DNA from: Candidatus Gallimonas intestinalis
GTDB lineage: Bacteria > Bacillota > Clostridia > Christensenellales > Borkfalkiaceae
DNA: 64,000 nucleotides
NCBI GenBank assembly: GCA_904394655.1
Contig: CAJFNL010000003.1
Coordinates: forward strand, 8,082-72,081
Direction: 5' to 3'
In this document: positions 53,253 to 62,403 of the stretch, in pieces
Layout: every line of letters begins with the position of its first letter
How positions within the stretch are numbered: the stretch's first letter is position 1
Program-made: the position numbers and the translations under genes
The notes under the pieces: generated by a model
The model's input: the letters and a program-made list of their open reading frames with translations, nothing else
The model's database searches: none
What the model was told of the DNA's origin: nothing

Positions 53253-53428
53253 GATAAAGAAAAACAAACGCAGAAAAAGCAAGCAATTTTCGTTTGCAAA
53301 AAGGCTTCGGGAAGTAGTGCATTTGCCATGAGACTAACCGAGGGATATGAACTCAGTTTTTCATACTGATCTTTATACTGATTTGTCATACCGACTTGTC
53401 ATTTTGCTCTGAAGTGACCGTAAAGAAT

Positions 53429-53464
53429 GTCGCCCGGCGTGCGCAATTGCGCACGCCGGGCGAC
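53429..53464. terminator. perfect 36-nt palindrome, bidirectional terminator candidate
   Basis: GTCGCCCGGCGTGCGCAA|TTGCGCACGCCGGGCGAC, flanked by aagaat and gtttta. Confidence 0.75.
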
Positions 53465-53810
53465 GTTTTATCAATGACGTTGCGAACATTTTGAGACCTT
53501 TCGTCCGTTTCAGCCGTGTTTGACATTGTTTTTACTTTCTGTATTCTGTAAGGCGGCTCCCCGCCTTCAAAGGGACGAACGTGCCGCATTCGATGTTGCA
53601 CGTCCCCGCGTTGGGCATTTTACGGTTTATTGCGAGTATTGCTTGCCCCCGACCGCAGAAAACCGCCTTTTCGGAATAAATCTCTCCTTTATCGTACAAA
53701 CCCGACCCGACGTATGCCATGGAAGCGATTTCCCGCCGCGAGAGATACAGTATCGCCCAAACGCGGTCGACGCTGTCCCATAAAAACAGACGCGGACAAC
53801 ACAAATCCTC

Positions 53811-55058
53811 TTATGCGCCCTTGACCCTGCCCACATTCAGATTATCGCACTTCCGATCGGCAAGCGCGCGGATCGGATGATCTTTGTCCTGAATGCGATA
53901 GTCCTGGCCCAACCGCTCGATGGCTTTTTCGATGACGGTATGTGTCCCTGCCGCAGCGGGTTTCCCGTGAATGCGCGTATTGTAGGAAAAATATCGGAAG
54001 GAATCGGGAAGACTGTCTACATTTTCAAACCCCTCCTCGACCCCCGTTAAGCGCACGGACTTCAACACATCGCGGACATACTCCTTCTGCGGGCGGAATT
54101 TGAGCAGTTCAGGGAATTCGCCGCCTTCGGGAAGAACCTGCTGCCAGACCTTGCCGCCATAGATATGCAGAAGCTCCGCCGCTTCATGCAGGTGCGCCAC
54201 CTCCTCTTCAAAGTGCATCTCCCAAATCTTTTTGATGCGGGCGTCCTTTTCGTCTTCATAGCACGAATAGTAGAGATAGCACTCGGTATATTCGTTCATC
54301 AATAGACGCTCCCAGTCAGTCATGCAAGGGTCTTTCAGACAACCGTATCCCGTGACATGCTGTTCCTCGATCATAGCGATCTCGTTATAGAGCTGCCTGC
54401 CAAGAGGCGAGGCGTACAGATTCCCCACATTCATATAAAAATTCATTGTCTGCTGTTCTGCAGCCGTAATGATATTGATATTGAGCTTTGTCTTCAGATC
54501 ATTGAGATAACCGTTGATATAGAACCGCACGTCGTCATTCGGATGACGATACTCTGCCACAGTCGGACGCCCCGGCATGATCTCGGTATATTTTCCGACG
54601 AGCTGAGCGGGATCTCCGCACTTTTCGAGCTCCATGAGATCGGCATACCGATAGAGATGGTCAAAATCTTCCAACAGCGCAAAATCGAGCTGTTTTTTGA
54701 CGTAAGCATTCTTTTCACTGAGAGCAAGATTGGCGGTAAGATCGACTGCGAGCTGCTCATAACCGATGGTATGTTCCAAGATGGTTTCATCGGACGGCTT
54801 GAGTGACGCCACACGCTTTTGCTGGAGTTGTTCCCCGCGACGCATGTACGCGAGCCGACGGCGCACATCGTTGTTCGGGCACTGCCTCGTGACAGCATGA
54901 GAGCAACGCACCGATTCAAATTCCGTTCCTGACATCAGGATCACCCTCAGTCTCGTATATGGATCAACCGAACGCTTATCATAGGGTTTTACGAGCACTT
55001 TTTTCCATTCCGTAAAAATTTTGTCCGCCTTCTGCGGCTTCAGATCAAACGGGTTCAT
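53811..55058 (-). CDS. ferritin-like (di-iron four-helix-bundle) domain protein, two tandem halves
   Basis: Start moved to MNPFDLKPQ (AAGGAGG RBS). Four E-x-x-H type motifs: ETILEHTIGYEQ, LLEDFDHLY, AMIEEQHVTGY and FEEEVAHLHEA. The family-level call is tentative. Confidence 0.5.
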   Translation of the reverse strand: MNPFDLKPQKADKIFTEWKKVLVKPYDKRSVDPYTRLRVILMSGTEFESVRCSHAVTRQCPNNDVRRRLAYMRRGEQLQQKRVASLKPSDETILEHTIGYEQLAVDLTANLALSEKNAYVKKQLDFALLEDFDHLYRYADLMELEKCGDPAQLVGKYTEIMPGRPTVAEYRHPNDDVRFYINGYLNDLKTKLNINIITAAEQQTMNFYMNVGNLYASPLGRQLYNEIAMIEEQHVTGYGCLKDPCMTDWERLLMNEYTECYLYYSCYEDEKDARIKKIWEMHFEEEVAHLHEAAELLHIYGGKVWQQVLPEGGEFPELLKFRPQKEYVRDVLKSVRLTGVEEGFENVDSLPDSFRYFSYNTRIHGKPAAAGTHTVIEKAIERLGQDYRIQDKDHPIRALADRKCDNLNVGRVKGA

Positions 55059-55112
55059 ACCTGCCTCCTTGCGCTTTTTATGGACGATGGAACGCTTTTC
55101 CATACAATCCGA

Positions 55113-55141
55113 TTGCAAATTCCCCCAAAAGTTGTTATAAT
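55113..55141 (+). promoter_or_regulatory. sigma-A type promoter of mtnN
   Basis: TTGCAA, 17-nt spacer, TATAAT, then AAAGGAG and ATG 55160. Confidence 0.6.
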
Positions 55142-55159
55142 ACGAAAAAGGAGTAAACT

Positions 55160-55816
55160 ATGATCGGAGCAGTTATCGCAATGGATTCGGAGGCAAAAGC
55201 CCTCCTGGATCATATGGAAATCGAAAATATTTTTACGATGCACGGAAAACCCGTCTATCAGGGGACGGCCTTCGGAAAGGACGTCCTCCTGTGCGTTTGC
55301 GGCGTAGGAAAAGTCAACGCAGCCGCAGGCACCTGCGCAGTCCTTGAAAAGGGCGCAGACATCGTCCTCAACTTCGGCGTTGCAGGCGGACTCGACGAAC
55401 AGACAACGGTAACGGAAGTCTACCTCATCGACAAAGCCGTACAATATGACTTTGATCTCACTCAGCTCAACGGCGGAAAACCGGGAACCCTTGACGGTGA
55501 AACAGAGAACTTTATTCCCCTCTTTACGCCCGAAAAAATTGATTTCCCCCGCCGTGCACTCGGCTCGGGCGATCGGTTCAACGACTCTCCCGCCGACCAT
55601 GCACTTCTCATTGAACTTGGCGCCCACATCCGCGATATGGAAGGCGCCGCGATTGCACAGGTATGCAAATATGCAGGCATCCCCTGCTTACAGGTAAAGG
55701 CAATTTCCGATCAATACGGCTCGGGCAGTACAACGGAGCAATACAAACAAAATCTTGCCCTTGCCGTACTCAATCTGAAAGCCTTTATGAGCGAAATATT
55801 TGCGACCATTGATTAA
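55160..55816 (+). CDS. mtnN: 5'-methylthioadenosine/S-adenosylhomocysteine nucleosidase
   Basis: 218 aa. MIGAVIAMDSEAKALL, CGVGKVNAAAGT and RDMEGAAIAQVC. Confidence 0.85.
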   Translation: MIGAVIAMDSEAKALLDHMEIENIFTMHGKPVYQGTAFGKDVLLCVCGVGKVNAAAGTCAVLEKGADIVLNFGVAGGLDEQTTVTEVYLIDKAVQYDFDLTQLNGGKPGTLDGETENFIPLFTPEKIDFPRRALGSGDRFNDSPADHALLIELGAHIRDMEGAAIAQVCKYAGIPCLQVKAISDQYGSGSTTEQYKQNLALAVLNLKAFMSEIFATID

Positions 55817-55948
55817 TTAGAAAAGTATCTAAATAAGCATATTAATCGATCATTTTAGCCCTTTTTGAAGCAAAAATACTTCAATTTGCGGCAAATTTCA
55901 GAAAAATATTATTTCGAATACAATCTAAATAAGGAGAATCGTGCAAAA

Positions 55949-56377
55949 ATGAAGCCCATTCCATCCTTTTTGAAAGATCACGATACTCTGCAAAAAGGGC
56001 TCTACGCGCAGACCGATAAAAACGGAATCACGACCTTCGATCTGCGCTTTAAGACGCCAAATGCAGGGGATTATATTTCGCCTAAGGCACTGCACACCGT
56101 GGAGCATCTTCTTGCCACCGTCCTGCGCAACGGACGGGAAAAGGATAACATCGTCTATTTCGGGCCGATGGGATGCAGGACAGGATTTTACCTGCTTACC
56201 CTGAACCTTTCCTATGCCGAAACGCTTGCCCTTTTGAAAGAGGCGATTCAGAAGGCACTTGCCCTCGAGGCAATTCCCGGAAGCACCAAAAAAGAATGCG
56301 GCAATTATCTTGAGCATGATCTTGCCGACGCAAAAAAGGAGCTCACCGCATACCTTGCGGTTCTGGAGGCACTATGA
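55949..56377 (+). CDS. luxS: S-ribosylhomocysteine lyase (AI-2 synthase)
   Basis: Start moved to MKPIPSF (AAGGAGA RBS). Metal site LHTVEHLLA and PMGCRTGFY. Confidence 0.9.
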   Translation: MKPIPSFLKDHDTLQKGLYAQTDKNGITTFDLRFKTPNAGDYISPKALHTVEHLLATVLRNGREKDNIVYFGPMGCRTGFYLLTLNLSYAETLALLKEAIQKALALEAIPGSTKKECGNYLEHDLADAKKELTAYLAVLEAL

Positions 56378-57042
56378 TCGATCTCGGCGACTGGAAAGAA
56401 CCGCTTGCACCACTCTTTGAAGACGAACGTTACAAAAAGATTCGTACATTTCTCATCGACGAATACAAACACCATATTGTCTACCCCGATATGTACGACA
56501 TCTTCAACTGTTTCCGCTATACCCCGTTTGCCAACGTCAAGGTCGTCCTTCTCGGACAGGACCCCTATCACAACGAAGGGCAGGCAAACGGACTGTGCTT
56601 TTCCGTCAAAGACGGCATTCCGAAGCCGCCCTCGCTGGAAAACATGATGAAGGAACTGCACGAAGATCTCGGGTGCCCCATCGTAAAATCGGGCGATCTC
56701 ACCAAATGGGCAAAAGAGGGCGTTCTGCTCATGAACACGGCGCTCACCGTACGCGCACATCAGGCAAACTCTCACGCCAATTGCGGCTGGAGCTGGTTTA
56801 CAGATGCCGTCATCAGCATTTTGAGTGAGCAAAAGAATCACCTTGTATTCCTTCTGTGGGGCGGCAACGCACGTAAGAAAAAGACATTGATCGATCAGAG
56901 TAAGCACCTTATTCTCGAGTGCGCACACCCCTCCCCGCTGTCTGCGTACAACGGATTTTTCGGATGCCGTCATTTTTCCAAAACAAACGACTATCTAATA
57001 AAGCAAGGCATTACGCCGATCGACTGGGACCTGAGCAAATAG
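56374..57042 (+). CDS. ung: uracil-DNA glycosylase
   Basis: 222 aa. LLGQDPYH, GVLLMNTALTV and CAHPSPLSA. ATGA overlap with luxS. Confidence 0.9.
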   Translation: MIDLGDWKEPLAPLFEDERYKKIRTFLIDEYKHHIVYPDMYDIFNCFRYTPFANVKVVLLGQDPYHNEGQANGLCFSVKDGIPKPPSLENMMKELHEDLGCPIVKSGDLTKWAKEGVLLMNTALTVRAHQANSHANCGWSWFTDAVISILSEQKNHLVFLLWGGNARKKKTLIDQSKHLILECAHPSPLSAYNGFFGCRHFSKTNDYLIKQGITPIDWDLSK

Positions 57043-57052
57043 AGGAGACACG

Positions 57053-58258
57053 ATGAAATACGTTGTCATTTTAGGAGACGGCATGGCGGGATACCCGCTC
57101 GCCGACCGCGAAAACCGCACCTGCATGCAGATTGCGCGTACACCATTCTTTGACGAACTGGCAAAAAAAAGCACTGTCGGACTTGTCAGAACGGTTCCGA
57201 CGGGTTTTGCCCCCGGCAGCGACGTCGCCAATCTCTCCGTCATGGGATATGACCCCAAACAATTCTATACGGGACGTTCGCCGCTTGAGGCGGCATCCAT
57301 CGGGATTCCGCTCGCCGATTCCGACGTGACCTATCGCTGCAATCTTGTGACGCTCTCGGACAACCAACCCTACGAACAAAAAATTATGCTCGACTATTCT
57401 GCAGGAGAGATCTCCACGCAGGAAGCAAACGAACTCATACAAGCCCTGAAAAAGGTATTTGACAAGCCGCCCTTCGAGCTGTATGCAGGCATTGCCTACC
57501 GTCACTGTCTCGTCATGCACGAAAAAAAGACGGGAAGCATCCTCACCCCGCCCCATGACATTTCCGACCGCCCGATCACAGATTTTCTTCCGAAGGGAAC
57601 CATGGGGGAACAGCTTCTCTCCATGATGAAGACATCCGAGCAAATCTTAAAAAATCATCCCGTCAACCTTGCCCGCAAAGCGGCAGGCAAGAATCCCGCC
57701 AACTCCGTCTGGTTCTGGGGAGAAGGCACAAAGCCGCTCCTGCGCCCGTTTTTTGAGCTCTATGGCAAGCGCGGCGCCGTCATTTCGGCAGTTGATCTCG
57801 TCAAAGGGATCGGCATCCTTGCAGGACTTGAAATCATTGAAGTCGAGGGAGCAACGGGAAACTGGGACACCAACTTCCGCGGCAAGGCAGACGCCGCAGT
57901 CAGAACACTACTGGACGGAAACGACTTTGTATATGTGCACATGGAGGCACCCGACGAGTGCGGACACCACGGCGACATTGCAAAAAAGGTTTACTCCATT
58001 GAACAGGTCGACGGCGTGGCAAAGCGCATCGCCGATCAGCTCCGCGCCGCAGGCGAGGATTTTTGTATGTTGATCCTGCCCGATCACCCCACGCCCATCG
58101 CACGCAAGACGCACACATCCGACCCCGTTCCTTTCCTTCTCTATCGCAGCAACGATGAACACGGCAACGGCGCCGAGCTCTTCGACGAAGCACACGCTGC
58201 ACAGACAAACCTTTTCCTGCCCCGCGCTTGCGAATTGATGGGAGCGTTTCTGCGCTGA
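57053..58258 (+). CDS. apgM: cofactor-independent phosphoglycerate mutase, archaeal-type family (COG3635)
   Basis: 401 aa. VVILGDGMAGYPL and HMEAPDECGHHGD metal-binding motifs. Confidence 0.8.
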   Translation: MKYVVILGDGMAGYPLADRENRTCMQIARTPFFDELAKKSTVGLVRTVPTGFAPGSDVANLSVMGYDPKQFYTGRSPLEAASIGIPLADSDVTYRCNLVTLSDNQPYEQKIMLDYSAGEISTQEANELIQALKKVFDKPPFELYAGIAYRHCLVMHEKKTGSILTPPHDISDRPITDFLPKGTMGEQLLSMMKTSEQILKNHPVNLARKAAGKNPANSVWFWGEGTKPLLRPFFELYGKRGAVISAVDLVKGIGILAGLEIIEVEGATGNWDTNFRGKADAAVRTLLDGNDFVYVHMEAPDECGHHGDIAKKVYSIEQVDGVAKRIADQLRAAGEDFCMLILPDHPTPIARKTHTSDPVPFLLYRSNDEHGNGAELFDEAHAAQTNLFLPRACELMGAFLR

Positions 58259-58441
58259 CATAGTTTGTCTCAGCTGAAAACCGACCGAGCCAAATTTTCG
58301 GGCACTCTCTCCGAGCTGACGCCATGAAATGAGCACCTGCAGGCCAATCGGGCTGAATGAGCGGACGGTCCTACGGAAAAGTTTCTCCCTTCCCTCCGAA
58401 TTTATTCCAATTTAACGGCAAACAATTGACAACTGCTCGAT

Positions 58442-58470
58442 AAAACCCGCACCCGTGCGGGTTTTATAAT
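58442..58470 (+). terminator. intrinsic terminator after apgM
   Basis: AAAACCCGC-acccgt-GCGGGTTTT followed by ATAATTTT. Confidence 0.7.
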
Positions 58471-58551
58471 TTTCTCCGTGTTCAACCGATTGAAAAATCG
58501 GACGGGCGGGCATTTTTTGTTATGATTTTTGCAAAAATTATGTCACAGCAC

Positions 58552-58580
58552 TTGCATTTTGTAAAATTATATACTATAAT
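58552..58580 (+). promoter_or_regulatory. near-consensus sigma-A promoter
   Basis: TTGCAT, 17-nt spacer, TATAAT (58575-58580), then GAAGGGG RBS and ATG 58610. Confidence 0.6.
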
Positions 58581-58609
58581 ACAATCAAACAAAATGAAGG
58601 GGTGAATTT

Positions 58610-59521
58610 ATGGAAGGGAATACGGAAGAAAAATTCGTACAGCGCCAAAATGAGCTAGATATAGATAAGTGGCTCGCAAGCGAGGCCGCAGGGTACGATC
58701 TTTGCGGTTCCTTCACCTTCTGCGCACGCTGTGAACGCATGGAGCCACAGCCTTGCGCCCGTGCCGAAGCGCGTTGGCTGGAGGAACAGGAGCGGGAGCT
58801 GGAAGAGTATCAAAAAGAACAGGAAGAAACCGAGGAAAACCCTGTCCCGAGCGCACTTTCCGAAGAATCTGCCGAAACTGCAGACGATGACAGCAAACAA
58901 GAAGATTCTGACGTCGAATTGGAAGAAGAATCCATCGAGGACTTAGATGAAGGCGAAGCCGATGAAGAATCGGAAGACGAAACACAGGAAATTGCGGCCG
59001 CTTCCGCAGTCCATGAAGAAGTACCCGCGGGATATGAATACGTCACGCGCTACCGCCGCTCCTTCAAGTCCCGCCTCATCCAGGACGAGAAGATGCAGGA
59101 TTTTTACACTGACATCAAGAATGCCTTTTCCGAGCTGACGGGCGTCAAGACGCGCCTCAGCCGTCACTGCGAAAACTTCCGCTATCACGCCGAACGCATC
59201 GCAAAGCTCAACGTGGGCGGAAAAACTCTGACCCTCTACCTCGCCCTCGATCCCTCCGCCTATGAGGACAGCAAGTACCGTTATGAGGATGTCTCCGACA
59301 GAAAGACTTACACCGAGACACCCATGAAAATCCGCATCACGAGCAAGCGCATGGTCAAGTACTGCAAAGAACTGCTTGCAGATCTCGCGGCAAAGTTCTC
59401 CATCACCATCTCGGGTTGCATCCCGATGGACTATCACATGAAATATCAGACGGATGAAGCACTCATCAAAAAAGGACTCATAAAGCCCTACGAAGTGCTC
59501 GTCAAAAAGAAGAAAAAGTAA
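58610..59521 (+). CDS. hypothetical protein: N-terminal Cys cluster, poly-acidic linker, basic conserved-looking C-terminal domain
   Basis: 303 aa. CGSFTFCARCERMEPQPC, then a ~90-aa E/D-rich segment, then YVTRYRRSFKSRLIQ...LTLYLALDP...MKIRITSKRMVKYCKELL. Confidence 0.6.
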   Translation: MEGNTEEKFVQRQNELDIDKWLASEAAGYDLCGSFTFCARCERMEPQPCARAEARWLEEQERELEEYQKEQEETEENPVPSALSEESAETADDDSKQEDSDVELEEESIEDLDEGEADEESEDETQEIAAASAVHEEVPAGYEYVTRYRRSFKSRLIQDEKMQDFYTDIKNAFSELTGVKTRLSRHCENFRYHAERIAKLNVGGKTLTLYLALDPSAYEDSKYRYEDVSDRKTYTETPMKIRITSKRMVKYCKELLADLAAKFSITISGCIPMDYHMKYQTDEALIKKGLIKPYEVLVKKKKK

Positions 59522-59525
59522 TTTT

Positions 59526-59552
59526 ATCGCCGCCTTCGGGCGGCGATTTTTT
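59526..59552 (+). terminator. intrinsic terminator
   Basis: ATCGCCGCC-ttcg-GGCGGCGAT followed by TTTTT. Confidence 0.75.
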
Positions 59553-59694
59553 ATGAAAATTTCAATCATATGCGCGCTTTATAACACCTTTCCACAATCG
59601 CAAACTCAACCGCAAAACATAGTTTGACACTTCGAAAGTATATCGTCTGATATGCGCATATCTCCATACACTAATTTGATAAAAGAAAAATGGG

Positions 59695-59737
59695 CAATAA
59701 AAAATGCGCGCGGCGGTCACAAAAGTGACCGCCGCGC
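59695..59737 (-). terminator. intrinsic terminator ~215 nt downstream of clpC
   Basis: Minus strand: GCGCGGCGGTCAC-tttt-GTGACCGCCGCGC followed by GCATTTTTTATT. Confidence 0.65.
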
Positions 59738-59951
59738 CGCATGTCGCAATTCAATCTCGCAAAAAAACGATTTTACAGGGCTTTCCGCTGTCTTTTCAAA
59801 ACATCTCCATATAAAATGATTTTCATTCCTTTTCTTTGCCGTTTTTCAGGTCGGAAATCGTTATGGCTGCTCGCGCTGTCACCTGAATTCAAGGCAACAT
59901 CAAATGCCGTTTCCAAGGCATTTTGGCATCAGAAACCCGCACCCGCGCGTT

Positions 59952-62393
59952 TTATTCTTCCGAAAAGGTAAATTCGCCGCTCTCTTCGTCAACGATGACG
60001 GTTGCACCCGCCGAGATATGCCCTTGCAAGATCTCTTCGGAGAGACGGTCCTCGATACGGCGGCGCACGACGCGCTTTAAGGGGCGCGCGCCGAAATCTT
60101 CGCTGTAGCCCTCATCCACGAGCAGGGAGAGCGCGCGCTGGCTGACCTTGAGTCCGATGTCGCGCGTTTTCATACGCTTGACGAGCGAAGCCACAATTTT
60201 TTCGCAGATGCGCATCGCGTCCTCGCGCGTCAGTTTGTGGAAGATAATGATGTCGTCAAGCCGATTCAAAAACTCAGGCTTGAACTGTTTTTTGAGCGCC
60301 TCTTCAATGCGCCCCTTCATGTCCTCGTACTCTCTGCCCGCATCCACGGAGTAAAAGCCGAGCGGCGCAGATTCCTTCACCTCATGCGCGCCGACGTTGC
60401 TCGTCAGAATGATGACGGTATTTTTGAAAGAGACGACTCTGCCGCGGCTGTCCGTGAGGCGCCCGTCGTCGAGAATCTGCAAAAGCAGGTTAAAGACATC
60501 GGGGTGCGCCTTTTCGATCTCGTCGAACAAGACAACCGAATAGGGATTGCGGCGGATTCGTTCGGTGAGTTGTCCGCCCGATTCATCATACCCCACATAC
60601 CCGGGAGGCGCTCCGATGAGTTTGGACACGCTTGCTTTCTCCATGTACTCGGACATATCGAGACGTACAAGCAGTTTTTCATCGCCGAACATGCTCTCGG
60701 CAAGCGCCTTGGAAAGATCAGTTTTCCCCACGCCCGTAGGTCCGACAAAGATAAAGGAGCCGATGGGCTTTTCCACGTCTTTGAGACCCGCACGAGCGCG
60801 GCGAATGGCCTTGGCAACGGCCGTAACCGCCTCGTCCTGTCCCACAATGCGGCGGTGGAGCTCTTCTTCAAGATGCAGAAGCTTTTCGCTCTCCGCCTCG
60901 GTGAGCTTGGCGACAGGCACCCCTGTCCAGCCGCTGACGATCTCCGCAACTTCCTCACTTCCGATGGCAAGGTGGGTGGACTGCCGCTGTCTGTTCCACG
61001 CCTCGCGCTGACGGTCTGCCGTAGCGGCGAGCGCGGCAATCTCCCGATCGAGACGGACGACGCGGTCGGAATCGTTCCACTTTACCGCCTTTTCTCGGTC
61101 CGATTTGAGGCGCGCAAGTTTTTCTTCCGTCTCACGGAATTCCTCGGGTCCTGTATAGGCGTTCAGACGTGCACGGCTCGCCGCTTCGTCGATGAGATCG
61201 ATTGCCTTATCGGGCAAAAATCTGTCCGTGATATACCGATCGGACAGGCGCACCGCCGCTTCAATCGCCTCTTCGGTGATAATGACGTTGTGATGCGCCT
61301 CGTATTTGTCCTTGACCCCGCGCAGGATGGCGATGGTGTCTTCAAGGGAAGGCTCTGCCACGTTGACGGGCGTAAAGCGGCGTTCGAGCGCGGCATCCTT
61401 CTCGATATATTTGCGGTACTCCTCCAGCGTGGTCGCACCCACCGTCTGCAATTCCCCGCGCGAAAGCATGGGCTTTAAGATATTGGACGCGTCCATATTG
61501 CTGTCCGAAGAGGAACCCGCACCCACGATCATATGGATCTCGTCGATAAAGAGAATGATATTCTGATTGGCGCGGATCTCATCCACGACGCCCTTGAGGC
61601 GCTCCTCAAAGTCTCCGCGGTAGCGCGCGCCCGCGACGAGTCCCGCGAGGTCGAGAGAAAAGACCGTCTTCCCGCGCAGAAGCTCCGGAACCTTTCCCGC
61701 GACGATCGCCTGTGCAAGGCCCTCGACGACGGCACTCTTGCCCACACCAGGTTCGCCGATGAGCACGGGATTGTTTTTTGTGCGCCGCGACAGAATCTGA
61801 ACGACCTTCTCGATTTCCTTGCGCCGTCCGATGACGGGATCGACCTTCCCCTCGCGCGCCTTCTGCGTGAGATCGGTACCATAGGCGAGTAATTCCTCGC
61901 TGAGCGGCGATGCCTGCGCGTGCGTATGCGCTGCAGCATCGGGGATTTGCTCCTCCTCGGGCGAAGGCTTGATGAACGCGCCCGTCTTTTCCACAAGCTG
62001 CGCAAGATTGACCCCGAGACTCTCCAGAATGGAGACAGCAAGGCAATCATCCTCGGTGAGCATCGCCATCAGAACATGCTCAGTGCCGGCAATGGGATGC
62101 AGATCTTCCGATTGCAGAGAAAGTTCGCGCGCAAGCCCCAGAATCTTCTTGGCGCGCGGCGTGAATCCCTGCGCAGGCGAATCATGCTGCAGTCCGCGAC
62201 GGAAGATCGCACGGTATTTTTCAAGCCGAACGCCCGCCTCCGTCAGAAGTCTGCAAGCCGTACTGTCCGTGACGCACAAGATCGCGAGCAAAAGATGCTC
62301 GCTGCCGATATAACCCGTATTGTAGTGCTGCGCCGCTTCCTGAGAGAGCTCGACCGCCTGACGCAGATGATCGGAAAAAAATGAAGTGTCCAT
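59952..62393 (-). CDS. clpC: ATP-dependent Clp protease ATP-binding subunit ClpC
   Basis: 813 aa. Clp_N repeats, Walker A motifs [15 protein letters not shown] and [15 protein letters not shown], and a middle UVR-like coil. Confidence 0.95.
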   Translation of the reverse strand: MDTSFFSDHLRQAVELSQEAAQHYNTGYIGSEHLLLAILCVTDSTACRLLTEAGVRLEKYRAIFRRGLQHDSPAQGFTPRAKKILGLARELSLQSEDLHPIAGTEHVLMAMLTEDDCLAVSILESLGVNLAQLVEKTGAFIKPSPEEEQIPDAAAHTHAQASPLSEELLAYGTDLTQKAREGKVDPVIGRRKEIEKVVQILSRRTKNNPVLIGEPGVGKSAVVEGLAQAIVAGKVPELLRGKTVFSLDLAGLVAGARYRGDFEERLKGVVDEIRANQNIILFIDEIHMIVGAGSSSDSNMDASNILKPMLSRGELQTVGATTLEEYRKYIEKDAALERRFTPVNVAEPSLEDTIAILRGVKDKYEAHHNVIITEEAIEAAVRLSDRYITDRFLPDKAIDLIDEAASRARLNAYTGPEEFRETEEKLARLKSDREKAVKWNDSDRVVRLDREIAALAATADRQREAWNRQRQSTHLAIGSEEVAEIVSGWTGVPVAKLTEAESEKLLHLEEELHRRIVGQDEAVTAVAKAIRRARAGLKDVEKPIGSFIFVGPTGVGKTDLSKALAESMFGDEKLLVRLDMSEYMEKASVSKLIGAPPGYVGYDESGGQLTERIRRNPYSVVLFDEIEKAHPDVFNLLLQILDDGRLTDSRGRVVSFKNTVIILTSNVGAHEVKESAPLGFYSVDAGREYEDMKGRIEEALKKQFKPEFLNRLDDIIIFHKLTREDAMRICEKIVASLVKRMKTRDIGLKVSQRALSLLVDEGYSEDFGARPLKRVVRRRIEDRLSEEILQGHISAGATVIVDEESGEFTFSEE

Positions 62394-62403
62394 ATTCCCT
62401 CTT

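Noticed and set aside
59741-59971. 76-aa plus-strand ORF in the clpC downstream region, and the overlapping ORF 59923-60108.
   Set aside because: There is no RBS. The ORF overlaps the clpC 3' end and its terminator region, and the sequence is featureless.
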